A stretch of 64,000 bases of DNA from Candidatus Peribacteria bacterium (GTDB lineage Bacteria; Patescibacteriota; Gracilibacteria; UBA1369; 2-02-FULL-48-14). Numbering within the stretch: position 1 is the stretch's first letter; every line of letters starts with the position of its first letter. The notes under the pieces were generated by a model. It was given only the letters and a program-made list of their open reading frames with translations. It was not told where the DNA came from and ran no database searches. The stretch covers positions 7,255 through 71,254 of the forward strand of contig CALRCE010000003.1 in the NCBI GenBank assembly GCA_943354505.1. The letters are read 5' to 3'. The position numbers were made by a program, and so were the translations under genes. Shown piece after piece: positions 44,465 through 53,610 of the stretch.

Positions 44465-45253
44465 ATGACTTTCAAGTTCGACCCCATTCAACGCTGTGCA
44501 GCGTTCCTGATCCTCTTTTCAGCCTTCGCTTTTGGCTTCAACGCCTCCAGCCAACTCACCCTGCACTTGACCGCAACCTTGGGCTTCAGCTTGGTCCTCT
44601 TCGCGCTCTACAGCACTTTCTTCCCCAGCAAACATAAAAACGTGTGGGACACGGTGATCACCGGCCTCATCTTATTTTTGATCCTGCATTACGGGTCGAC
44701 CTGGGCGGATCTGGTCTTCCCACTCACCGCAACCTTTCTCGCCATCACGATTAAGTTTTTCGTGGAATACAAGGGTTCTCCGGTGGTGAATCCCGCTGCC
44801 GCCGCTTTGCTGCTTTCGGCTTTGATCTTGGCGTTCATCCCTGGTCTGGAACACCCTTTCGTGTCTTGGTGGGGCGCATCCTTCCACGGAGTCTACTCAT
44901 TGGTCCTGATCGGCCTTTGGGTCGTGATCGGGGTTCCCTCCTGGCACCGCTGGACGGCCGTGCTCAGTTTCTTAGTGGTTTATGCCCTGGGCCTTTTGAT
45001 TCGTGGTCAGGGTTTAGAATCGGTGCAGTTCGTGTTCACCGATTCCATGCTGTACTTCTACGCCACCATCATGCTCATGGAACCCAAAACTTCCCCGTTC
45101 AGAACGGGACACCAAGTGGCTTACGGAACCTTCGCCGCCGCCCTCACCCATCTGCTGATGTTCTTTGTGGCCCCTTACCCGGAACTCTTTGGCTTGGTGG
45201 GAGCGAATCTTTTCCAGACCGCGCTCCGAAACTGGCCTAAGAAGAAAGTCTAG
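44465..45253 (+). CDS. Truncated RnfD/NqrB-like membrane protein
   Basis: 262 aa and polytopic. VVNPAAAALL and IMLMEPKTSPFRTGHQVAYG resemble the RnfD/NqrB NPA and TDPxTSP motifs. Confidence 0.45.
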   Translation: MTFKFDPIQRCAAFLILFSAFAFGFNASSQLTLHLTATLGFSLVLFALYSTFFPSKHKNVWDTVITGLILFLILHYGSTWADLVFPLTATFLAITIKFFVEYKGSPVVNPAAAALLLSALILAFIPGLEHPFVSWWGASFHGVYSLVLIGLWVVIGVPSWHRWTAVLSFLVVYALGLLIRGQGLESVQFVFTDSMLYFYATIMLMEPKTSPFRTGHQVAYGTFAAALTHLLMFFVAPYPELFGLVGANLFQTALRNWPKKKV

Positions 45254-45255
45254 GC

Positions 45256-45663
45256 CTACTTCACCGCCTTACCATTGAGGTAAACTTGCACTTCTTTTTG
45301 AGTTTGCAAACGGAAAGGAGCGCCTTGCACGACCACGGTTTGGTCGAGGTCTCCGTGTTCACGACTTTGGTTGGCCGCCTCGGTGAAGATTTTGAGCTTG
45401 GCTTCAGCGATTTCTTCTTTGGCTTCGAGCACGTGTTCGCGGTATTCGTTGTACTCGGTGTTTTGTTCGATGATGAGTTTGATGTGCGCATCTTTCAAAT
45501 CCTTGGCCTGTTTCTTGAGGTCTTTGATTTGCAAATTGAGCTCTTCTAATTCCATGGGGATGTCGTCCTCGATTTCTTTCATCAGACTCTTGAACTCCTT
45601 GAGAGCCGCCAGTTTGTCGGTTAAACGCAAAATTTCTTCTTGAAGGATGGTGTTGTCAGCCAT
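45256..45663 (-). CDS. Coiled-coil protein of unknown function
   Basis: 135 aa, heptad-rich and charged (LKEFKSLMKEIEDD..LKKQAKDLKDAH). Confidence 0.4.
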   Translation of the reverse strand: MADNTILQEEILRLTDKLAALKEFKSLMKEIEDDIPMELEELNLQIKDLKKQAKDLKDAHIKLIIEQNTEYNEYREHVLEAKEEIAEAKLKIFTEAANQSREHGDLDQTVVVQGAPFRLQTQKEVQVYLNGKAVK

Positions 45664-45753
45664 AGAGGTTTTTTAAAAGCTCGCCCAACTTAGCCAAAAA
45701 CTTGTTTCTTTTCCAGCGCCCGTGCGTATACTCAATTGACTTAATACTTTTAT

Positions 45754-47481
45754 ATGAAGAAACAACCCCTCGCCCTCCTTCTTTTGCTCAGCTTTGCCGC
45801 GTGCAATACGCCGCCTGTCGAAGACGTCGAGGTGGTGGACGAAAACGAAGTCATTGAAAATCAAGAGACCGAAAACCTCTATTCCCAAACCGTGGACTTT
45901 TTGGACACCGCAGAAGCACTCTCCGCAGTGGAGATCGTGGAAAACAATCGGGACAAGTACCAAGATCCTGAGAACGCAAAACTCATGCTGCACATGTGGA
46001 AGACGGGAACGTTTAAAGGTGCAGATTACGAAGGGCAAAGCCTGGTCCTGGTCCAAGAGAGCTGCGACGGACCTTGTGGCCCAGCGTTCTTCCGCTACGC
46101 CGTAGATGAGGCCACCGACACCTGGACCTTGCTCAGCAACTATTCGACAAGCGCTGAGGCCTGGTTGGGCGGACCCATGGATGCCCAAGACGGCAGCGTC
46201 AACATTCCAGAACTCGAAGTGCCGGCCACACTCGCCGGTTACGACAACGACAGCGTTGCCCTTTTGGATGCTTTCTCTCGCTTGAATGCCAATCAATTCC
46301 CCGAGAATCAAGAAGTCATTTCGAGCATGGACGGCCTCACGCGTCTGAATGTCTTTGAGGACCCTGCCTTTCCCATGTATTTCACCGCAGGCGGCTGTCT
46401 CTACGGGGTTTCTCCCGATGGAGTGATGGCTCGTTATACCGTGCTGCCCAACCTATTCATGGCCACCGATAAAGAAGGCAACTTCGATAGCAGTGTCCTA
46501 GAGAACACCGAATTCAACTTCACTGGTAAAGACGGAAAATCCGAAGAAAAAACCTTCTCCCTCACCGCAGGCGGTTGTGGCTTGGCGTGGTCCTGCATCG
46601 ACACTTACGAGCCCACGGACGATGAAATGGCCAACCTCGAAGAAGTGGGAACCCTGGATGGACGCAGCGTCTACCAGCCCATAAACATAAACCCTCGCGA
46701 GGGACTGAGCATCGATTATAACAATTATGACTTGGAACAACGCGTGTACAACGCCTTCGACAATTACTTGATGGCCAAAGCCTACGACCTCGGTGAAGAC
46801 CCCCTTGAGTACAAGGAAACTTCCGTAGAAACCGTGCAAGATTTCTTGGCCTTGAGCAGCGTGTTCTTCATTAAAATGGACAATGGCAGCGTAACCCTGA
46901 CCTATGAATCCAAGTACGCCCCTGCCGCAGAATGCGGAAAGCCCGTCATTTACCTCTACCCCGAAAAGAACACCCTCGTTCGCGTGAAAGTAGGCATCGA
47001 GGAATTCACCAAAACCATTCCGGACTACGGAACGGAAGGATGGACCGTGCTCGCCCGAGCCAGCGGACTCCTCACCAACATCGCAGACAAATTGAACTAC
47101 CCTTACCTCTTTTGGGAAGGAACTTCTTCTGAGACTATGGACGCGGGAACGACCTGGACCCTCGCAAAAGAGGATGTGTCCACGAAGCTTCCCAAAGCCT
47201 TGCTCGCCATGGGCTTGAACGAAAAAGAAAGCAGAGACTTCATGGAATTCTGGCAGCCCAAGTTGGAAGCGGTCACGGATCCTTACATCGAATTTTCTTT
47301 TGTGGGCAAGGAAGTCATGGACCAAATCGCCCCACTCACCATTTTGCCCGCACCGGATCAGGTGCTTCGCCTCTTCATGTTCTACCGTGGAACCACCACG
47401 GTTGGCCTTGCAATGCCCACGTACAAACATGAAGCCCGCCACGGATTCACCGCTGTAGAATGGGGAGGAATCTTGTACTAG
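45754..47481 (+). CDS. Large lipoprotein of unknown function
   Basis: 575 aa. Lipobox LLSFAAC. The C-terminal part has conserved-looking KPVIYLYPE and YPYLFWEG motifs. Confidence 0.55.
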   Translation: MKKQPLALLLLLSFAACNTPPVEDVEVVDENEVIENQETENLYSQTVDFLDTAEALSAVEIVENNRDKYQDPENAKLMLHMWKTGTFKGADYEGQSLVLVQESCDGPCGPAFFRYAVDEATDTWTLLSNYSTSAEAWLGGPMDAQDGSVNIPELEVPATLAGYDNDSVALLDAFSRLNANQFPENQEVISSMDGLTRLNVFEDPAFPMYFTAGGCLYGVSPDGVMARYTVLPNLFMATDKEGNFDSSVLENTEFNFTGKDGKSEEKTFSLTAGGCGLAWSCIDTYEPTDDEMANLEEVGTLDGRSVYQPININPREGLSIDYNNYDLEQRVYNAFDNYLMAKAYDLGEDPLEYKETSVETVQDFLALSSVFFIKMDNGSVTLTYESKYAPAAECGKPVIYLYPEKNTLVRVKVGIEEFTKTIPDYGTEGWTVLARASGLLTNIADKLNYPYLFWEGTSSETMDAGTTWTLAKEDVSTKLPKALLAMGLNEKESRDFMEFWQPKLEAVTDPYIEFSFVGKEVMDQIAPLTILPAPDQVLRLFMFYRGTTTVGLAMPTYKHEARHGFTAVEWGGILY

Positions 47482-48359
47482 TCTTGGCGCTGGCGCTGTT
47501 TTGCGCTTGCACCACACCGGCTCAGCCCTCTGAACTTTCGGAAGACCTCTTTCCCGGCTGCGGAAACTCAGCCGAACTCGGCAACGGCATCGTGCTCCTG
47601 CCCCACCATCTTTTGGTGAAGGATTACATCGAAGCCATGTACACCTCACTTTCTTCGCAGGACTGGAAGCACGTGGTCATCGTGAGTCCCGACCATTTTC
47701 ACGCCGGAGCCACGCACATTTCCACGCCTCCCGAAACCGAACACGGTTTTACGGTGCATCGAGATCTAGTGAACGAATATTTCCCGGACGCCACCGTGGA
47801 AGGCTTTATGCTACAAACCGAAACGACCGAAGAAGAAGTGGTGGACCTTGTGCAAACCTTGCAAGGCCGCGAGAATACACTCTTCATTTTCAGCATCGAC
47901 TTTTCTCACTACTTGCCCGGCGACATCGCTTACGTGCACGACCTCCGTTCCATGGACATTTTAAGCGCTCGCGACGTGACCGCCGCCCGCAGCGTAGAAG
48001 TGGACAGCCCCGTCGCCGTTGAGGTCCTTCTCCGCTTGCTCATTGAAAAAGACGAAGTGCTCACCAACATGTTGAACACCAATCCCTCGAAAGACATTGG
48101 CATCGATACTTTTGAAAACACGACCCACGTTTTTGCTTGTTCCACCAGCCTCGGTCTCGACGAGGCGCCCACCCGCGACCTCACCATCGACATGTTTTTC
48201 GCCCACCCTCGCGATTGGTACCTCGGCCGCACCGCCGAAGACCGCTACCTTTATGGCACCGACACCACTCACTTCGACCAGGGCGGCACCGACCACGCGA
48301 TCGTGACCAACTCGTTCAAGGGCACCACCACCGAGTTCACTTTCGATTACTTCGAGTGA
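47460..48359 (+). CDS. Memo/AmmeMemoRadiSam-B-like protein with a lipoprotein signal
   Basis: 299 aa. Lipobox ALFCAC. Motifs GIVLLPHH, VVIVSPDHF, EHGF and FSIDFSHY. 22-nt out-of-frame overlap with the previous gene. Confidence 0.5.
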   Translation: MGRNLVLVLALALFCACTTPAQPSELSEDLFPGCGNSAELGNGIVLLPHHLLVKDYIEAMYTSLSSQDWKHVVIVSPDHFHAGATHISTPPETEHGFTVHRDLVNEYFPDATVEGFMLQTETTEEEVVDLVQTLQGRENTLFIFSIDFSHYLPGDIAYVHDLRSMDILSARDVTAARSVEVDSPVAVEVLLRLLIEKDEVLTNMLNTNPSKDIGIDTFENTTHVFACSTSLGLDEAPTRDLTIDMFFAHPRDWYLGRTAEDRYLYGTDTTHFDQGGTDHAIVTNSFKGTTTEFTFDYFE

Positions 48360-48394
48360 GGCCCCTTCAAAGGGCCAAAAATCGTTAAAGTTCT

Positions 48395-48415
48395 TATTTG
48401 GACATTGTCCAAATA
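48395..48415. promoter_or_regulatory. Perfect 21-bp palindrome (candidate operator)
   Basis: TATTTGGACA-T-TGTCCAAATA. It overlaps the predicted -35 of the Fur-like gene. Confidence 0.5.
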
Positions 48416-48433
48416 GCAGCTTTTTCATAAAAT
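48405..48433 (+). promoter_or_regulatory. Sigma70-like promoter for the Fur-like gene
   Basis: TTGTCC (48405-48410), 17 nt, TAAAAT (48428-48433). Confidence 0.4.
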
Positions 48434-48454
48434 GGACTCCTAACACTCGAGCCC

Positions 48455-48901
48455 ATGCCAAGACTTGAAAAAGACACGATCAAAGAAACAGTTCCAAAAA
48501 CAGAACTTGTTGGCTTTCTGCAAGTGCATAGATACAGATGCACTCTCGAAAGAGACCTCATCGCGAAAGCCCTCGACGAAAGTTGGAAAGCACTCACCGT
48601 GCTTGAACTGAAAGAAGAAACAGGTCTGCCTCGCTCCACCATTTATAGCGTGCTGAAGGCCTTTCAGAAAGAAGGACTGGTCCACTATTCCCCCAGTTTC
48701 AACGCCTACTTCTCCTGTCGTCGTCTCATGCAGGCTCGACGAAAAACATCGTGTCACAGTTTTGGCATTTGTAAAAAATGCAAGGCTGTAAAAGAAAAAG
48801 TCGAAGAAACCCACGAGCATCCCAAATTCCCAAATTTTTACAACGAAGCGAGGGAACACGAGTGGCCTGGGCTCTGCACGACGTGTAAACTCAAACCATG
48901 A
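48455..48901 (+). CDS. Fur-family-like metalloregulator
   Basis: 148 aa. wHTH segment LPRSTIYSVLKAFQKEGLV, then CHSFGICKKC and GLCTTC (two CxxC pairs). Confidence 0.5.
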   Translation: MPRLEKDTIKETVPKTELVGFLQVHRYRCTLERDLIAKALDESWKALTVLELKEETGLPRSTIYSVLKAFQKEGLVHYSPSFNAYFSCRRLMQARRKTSCHSFGICKKCKAVKEKVEETHEHPKFPNFYNEAREHEWPGLCTTCKLKP

Positions 48902-49389
48902 GCATTGTCACAAAAACCGGCGACCAAGGGCAGACCAGCCTCTACAGCGGCGAACGGGTGGCAAAGTCCGATCCACGCATCGAAGCCGTGGGGGCTTTGG
49001 ATGAGCTCAACGCCCACCTCGCGGGTCTAGGCTTAGATCAGATTCAGAGCGAACTCTTCAGCCTGGGAGCCGCCGTGGCCGACCTGCGCCGCAAAGAGGA
49101 ACCCGGGTTCCTCGCCGCCGAACTCCAAAAAATGGAAGAGACCATCTACGCCATGGAGGCCGAACTTCCACCACTCAAAAACTTCATCCTGCCGGGTGGC
49201 CACGAAAAAGCCATCCGCGCGCACCAAGCCCGCGCTGTGTGTCGCCGTGCCGAACGTCAGCTCAGCCAAGTCCAGCCGCTCCCAAAGAACGTCCTCTCCT
49301 ACGTCAATCGCCTATCCGACTTTCTCTTCATGTTTGCACGCAAGCTCAATTTCAAAGAAGGCATTTCCGAAACCATTTGGAAATGCTAA
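48898..49389 (+). CDS. ATP:cob(I)alamin adenosyltransferase, PduO type
   Basis: 163 aa. N-terminus MSIVTKTGDQGQTSLYSGERVAKSDPRIEAVGALDELNAHL. Confidence 0.7.
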   Translation: MSIVTKTGDQGQTSLYSGERVAKSDPRIEAVGALDELNAHLAGLGLDQIQSELFSLGAAVADLRRKEEPGFLAAELQKMEETIYAMEAELPPLKNFILPGGHEKAIRAHQARAVCRRAERQLSQVQPLPKNVLSYVNRLSDFLFMFARKLNFKEGISETIWKC

Positions 49390-49437
49390 GCTTGAAAATC
49401 CCAAACACTGGGATGTTTACTCCTAACACCTTGTCCT

Positions 49438-49755
49438 ATGCGAGTCCAAAAACGCATCAAAAATTTGACGGAACCCGAGAAGGAACAGTTCGAGGCTTAT
49501 CTCGATAAAAAATTGGCAACGCTCAGCACGCTGCTCGACGCCCATCATCCGGGTGAAGACGAGGTGGTGGTGAACGCAAACATCCAGAAACACGACAAGC
49601 ACACCGCCTTCGAATTCGATTACGTTTTTGAGCTCCCCAAAGCACGTCTGACATCCAGTGAAGTGAAGCACAGCATCACCGAGAGCCTCGACTTTGCCAC
49701 GGACAAACTGGAACAACAGCTCGTGAAGCACTTTAAAAAAATGGTTCGCGAATGA
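49438..49755 (+). CDS. hpf: Ribosome hibernation promoting factor / RaiA family
   Basis: 105 aa. The pattern is compatible with the short HPF (S30AE) family. Confidence 0.6.
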   Translation: MRVQKRIKNLTEPEKEQFEAYLDKKLATLSTLLDAHHPGEDEVVVNANIQKHDKHTAFEFDYVFELPKARLTSSEVKHSITESLDFATDKLEQQLVKHFKKMVRE

Positions 49756-50903
49756 GTGCGAAGAGGACTCCCATCTACTTGGACTACGCCGCCAGCACTC
49801 CTTTGGACCTTCGGGTTTTAAAGGCCATGCAGCCCTACCTTAAGGAGTGTTTTGGGAATCCTTCTTCCATTCACCAGTTGGGGCAGACGGCGCGTCGTGC
49901 CATTGACGAGGCTCGCCTCAAATGCGTAACCCTGCTCGGCGCCTTCTCGGTGCACGAAATCATTTTCACCGGGAGCGGAACAGAATCCTGCAATGCTGCT
50001 GTGTTCGGCGCGGCCTTTGGAAGAAAAAAGCCCGGCGACTCACCGGGCCACCTTGTCGTTTCTGCCATCGAGCACCCCGCTGTGCTCGAACCGGCCCGTT
50101 TTTTGCGCGACAACTTTGGCTTCGACCTCACCGAAGTCCTCCCGGATTCCGAGGGCATCGTGCACCCCGAAGCCGTTGAAGCTGCCCTTCGCCCAGACAC
50201 CGTGCTCATTTCGGTAATGCTGGTGAACAACGAAGTCGGCACCATTCAACCCGTGAAAGAAATCGCCAAGCTCGCCCGCGAACGCGGCATCCTCATGCAC
50301 ACGGACGCCTGCCAAGCCCCCGGTTTTGTGGATCTCAACATGGAAGAGCTGGGCGTGGATCTACTCTCGCTCAACGGATCCAAAATCTACGGACCCAAAG
50401 GAGTGGGACTTTTATACATCCGTGAAGGAGTGAAAATCACGCCTTTCATTCACGGCGGCGGCCAGGAATTCCGCATGCGGGGCGGCACCGAAAGCGCAGC
50501 CCTCATCGTCGGCTTCACCAAAGCCTTGGAGCTGGTTTTGAAGGACGCCAAAAAAGAGGCCGCTCGCCTCGGCAAAATCCGGGGCATTTTGATGAAAGAA
50601 CTTCTAAAAATTCCAGGCGTGACCGTGAACGGATCGCTCGTGCATCGCAGCGAAAACAACCTCAACCTCCATATTCCCGATCATCTCGGCGAAACTCTGG
50701 TGATGCGTCTGGATCTGGAAGGCCTCGCCGCCTCCAGCGGCTCGGCCTGCTCCTCGGGCAAAACCGAACCCTCTCACGTGCTCCTCGCCATGGGTCAAGA
50801 CAAGCAACGCGCCCTCGAGTCTCTGCGCCTGACTCTCGGGCGCCCCACGACGAAAGCCGAGATCGAAAAAGCAGTGAACTTAGTACGCAAAGTACTCCTC
50901 TAA
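49752..50903 (+). CDS. Cysteine desulfurase (class V aminotransferase, NifS/IscS-like)
   Basis: 383 aa. Motifs IYLDYAASTP, SLNGSKIYGPKG and SSGSACSSG. Confidence 0.85.
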   Translation: MSAKRTPIYLDYAASTPLDLRVLKAMQPYLKECFGNPSSIHQLGQTARRAIDEARLKCVTLLGAFSVHEIIFTGSGTESCNAAVFGAAFGRKKPGDSPGHLVVSAIEHPAVLEPARFLRDNFGFDLTEVLPDSEGIVHPEAVEAALRPDTVLISVMLVNNEVGTIQPVKEIAKLARERGILMHTDACQAPGFVDLNMEELGVDLLSLNGSKIYGPKGVGLLYIREGVKITPFIHGGGQEFRMRGGTESAALIVGFTKALELVLKDAKKEAARLGKIRGILMKELLKIPGVTVNGSLVHRSENNLNLHIPDHLGETLVMRLDLEGLAASSGSACSSGKTEPSHVLLAMGQDKQRALESLRLTLGRPTTKAEIEKAVNLVRKVLL

Positions 50904-50906
50904 ACC

Positions 50907-51611
50907 ATGGAACTTGAGCTTGAAACCATAGAGGGGGAAACGGAAGTGGTGGAATGCGATGCAGCCCTCTTTGATGGGGATGAAACGCTTTTCACAGGTT
51001 TTGAAAGGGGGCCCGTTGAAGAAGCACGAAGCCTGGCCCTGAGCTCCCTTGGTTTTGTCGTACCACCGTTCGAAAGATTGAGAGGCTTGGCAAGCGAACA
51101 CGCACGCATTGTGATAGAAAAATTCCAGAGCTCTGAAGGAAAACACCGTTTAATAACAGAGTGGGAAGAAGTCGCAGCTCGCTTTCAAGCGGCCCTCGCC
51201 ATGCCAATGCAATTGACGCCTCTGCATGACGCGAGTGGATTGCTCACAAGAGCACAAACCGCAGCTTTGCCCACCGCAGTCGCAACCAACTCCACTCTGC
51301 CGAGCTGGGGAGTCAAGGTCTCTCGAATACCCCCCGAAGTACTTTTCCCGGTCAGTACGGTCGTGACCATGACCTGCGTGGGCGATAAACCTAAACCTCA
51401 CCCCGACATGCTTTTGGAGGGGGCCCGTCGCTTGGGCGCTCGACGTCCGGTCTTGTTTGGAGATGCAAAAGTGGACGCAAGAGCCGCCGCCAACGCTCAT
51501 ATGCCAGCGATCATTCGCCGTGCGGACAGAACTGCTGAAGAGCTGCAATGGATACTCGCTCACGGCGCCAAGATTGTGGACGATTTCTCGAAAGTACGCA
51601 TTCTTGGTTGA
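50907..51611 (+). CDS. HAD-superfamily hydrolase
   Basis: 234 aa. DxDxT-like motif FDGDETL, and GDKPKPHPDML. Confidence 0.5.
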   Translation: MELELETIEGETEVVECDAALFDGDETLFTGFERGPVEEARSLALSSLGFVVPPFERLRGLASEHARIVIEKFQSSEGKHRLITEWEEVAARFQAALAMPMQLTPLHDASGLLTRAQTAALPTAVATNSTLPSWGVKVSRIPPEVLFPVSTVVTMTCVGDKPKPHPDMLLEGARRLGARRPVLFGDAKVDARAAANAHMPAIIRRADRTAEELQWILAHGAKIVDDFSKVRILG

Positions 51612-51691
51612 ACCAACACTTTAGAAAATCGAGCACGCAGGCTTCCCAATCCTATCCCGTTGAGTTAAACTAATCCCACTTACCCAGCGCA

Positions 51692-53245
51692 ATGTTCCTG
51701 AACCTTTTAGCTCTCGTCCTCGGACTCGCCGTTTCTGCGGGAGCCGTCTTTGCACTCACTCGAGGGGAAAACGTCGAAAAAGTGGATCCCACGGAAGCTT
51801 TGAAAAAGGCCGAGGAAGAAGCCAAGCGCCTCAAACACGAATCCAAGGAAGCCGTGGAACGCATCCAAAAAGCCATTGAACGTGAAGAAAAAGAAGCGGA
51901 AGAAAGCCTAGAAAAGATGGAAAAAACTCTGGCTCAAAAAGAAGAAATCTTGAAGCGCCGTGAAGAACGCAACAAAGCTCAACAAGACCTTGTTGCGGCG
52001 CTTAAGTCCGAAGTGGAAAGTCTCAAAACACAAGAAAAATCCGCTCAAGAAAAACGTGTCGAACTGCTCAGCAAACAAGCCAAGCTCAGCCAGGAACAGG
52101 CCCTCGAAACATCCAAGAGCAATCTCGAAAAGTTGATCACCGCCAACTCGGACGTGCGTGCCAAAGTGGCCATCGAAGAAATGACCGAAGACGCTCCTCG
52201 TCACGCCAAAGCCATCCTCCAGGTGGTCATTCAACGCCTCGGTGTCGAAAGTTCCGTGGACAAAAACAGCACCAGCATGGTCCTCAAGGACGACAAGTTC
52301 AAAGGGCTCCTCATTGGCAAGGCCGGCACCAACGCCATCTACCTCGAAAGTCTTTTGCCCGTTTCCCTCATCTTCAACCATGGCGCTCCGGATGTACTGC
52401 ACGTGGGCGGTGTGAACCTCTTCCGCCGAAACATCGCCAAACGCGCGATTGAAAAACTTCAAAACCGAGCCAAAAAAGTCGGGACCCTCGACCACGCCAT
52501 GATCAAAGCCGCCGTGGACGAAGCCAACACCGAAATGATGGCCCTCTGCGACAAAAAAGGAGAGGAATCCATCCGCCTCATGGGCCTCGATCCCAAAAAG
52601 ATGGATCGTGAAGTCGTGAACTACACGGGCCGCCTTTACTATCGAACCAGTTACGGACAGAACGTCACCGGTCACTCCAACGAAATGGGCTTTGCGGCTC
52701 GCATGCTCGCCGAGATGATCGGCCTCAAAGATCCTTCCCTCGCCATGCAAGGTGCGTTCTTCCACGACATCGGCAAAGCCATCGACCACGACGTCGGCGG
52801 CGCGCACGACGATCTTTCACGAGAAATTTTAGACAAGCACGGCTTCGATCCCATCATCGTGCACGCCGCCTTCGCCCACCACGACAAAGTGCCCTGCGAA
52901 AGCCCCGAAGACTTCCTTGTCAAAGCCGTGGACGCCATCTCCGGCGGCCGCCCCGGTGCTCGTCAAGAATCCGTGACCAATTACTTCGAACGCATCCAAG
53001 CCCTCGAGCAAGCCGCCCTCTCCTTCCAAGGAGTGAACCGAGTCTTTGCCATGTCTGCCGGACGCGAATTGCGCCTGATCGTGGACACCAATCGCATCCA
53101 AGACACAGACATGAAAGAGCTCGCCGACGGAGTTGCCGGCAAAATCCAAGACGAAATCGCCTTCCCCGGAGTCATCAAAGTGAACTTGATCCGCACCACC
53201 AAGTCGGTAGACTACGCTCGAGAAAAGCCCCAGTTTAAACGTTAG
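51692..53245 (+). CDS. rny: Ribonuclease Y
   Basis: 517 aa. N-terminal TM helix, coiled coil, KH domain (LIGKAGTN) and HD domain (FFHDIGKAIDHD). Confidence 0.85.
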   Translation: MFLNLLALVLGLAVSAGAVFALTRGENVEKVDPTEALKKAEEEAKRLKHESKEAVERIQKAIEREEKEAEESLEKMEKTLAQKEEILKRREERNKAQQDLVAALKSEVESLKTQEKSAQEKRVELLSKQAKLSQEQALETSKSNLEKLITANSDVRAKVAIEEMTEDAPRHAKAILQVVIQRLGVESSVDKNSTSMVLKDDKFKGLLIGKAGTNAIYLESLLPVSLIFNHGAPDVLHVGGVNLFRRNIAKRAIEKLQNRAKKVGTLDHAMIKAAVDEANTEMMALCDKKGEESIRLMGLDPKKMDREVVNYTGRLYYRTSYGQNVTGHSNEMGFAARMLAEMIGLKDPSLAMQGAFFHDIGKAIDHDVGGAHDDLSREILDKHGFDPIIVHAAFAHHDKVPCESPEDFLVKAVDAISGGRPGARQESVTNYFERIQALEQAALSFQGVNRVFAMSAGRELRLIVDTNRIQDTDMKELADGVAGKIQDEIAFPGVIKVNLIRTTKSVDYAREKPQFKR

Positions 53246-53292
53246 GCACGCTAGTGCTAGGTAATAACCGTCGCGCAAGCGACACCGCTTAT

Positions 53293-53604
53293 ATGGCAGA
53301 CGAAAAAAACAAATCCACCCTCGATAAAATCGTGATGGGAGCCCTCATCGGCACCGCGATCGGATCGGCCGTGAGCTTGACCTTCGCTCCCCAAAAAGGA
53401 AAAGAAACTCGAGACATGGTCAAAGAAAAAGCCAAAGATGTGGGTGCTGCCGCTAAAGAAACGGGAACGGGATTCTTCCGCCTATTCAAAGTCCTGCTTC
53501 GAAGAATTCTCTTCGGAAAGAAAAAAGCAGCTCCTGTGAAGCAGATGAAAGAACTTCCCGACGAAATGGAAGTGCTTCCGCCCGAAACTCAGGACAAGGA
53601 ATAA
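53293..53604 (+). CDS. YtxH-like protein
   Basis: Start trimmed to MADEKNK. Motif GALIGTAIGSAVSLTFAPQKGKETR. Confidence 0.55.
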   Translation: MADEKNKSTLDKIVMGALIGTAIGSAVSLTFAPQKGKETRDMVKEKAKDVGAAAKETGTGFFRLFKVLLRRILFGKKKAAPVKQMKELPDEMEVLPPETQDKE

Positions 53605-53610
53605 TTCTTC

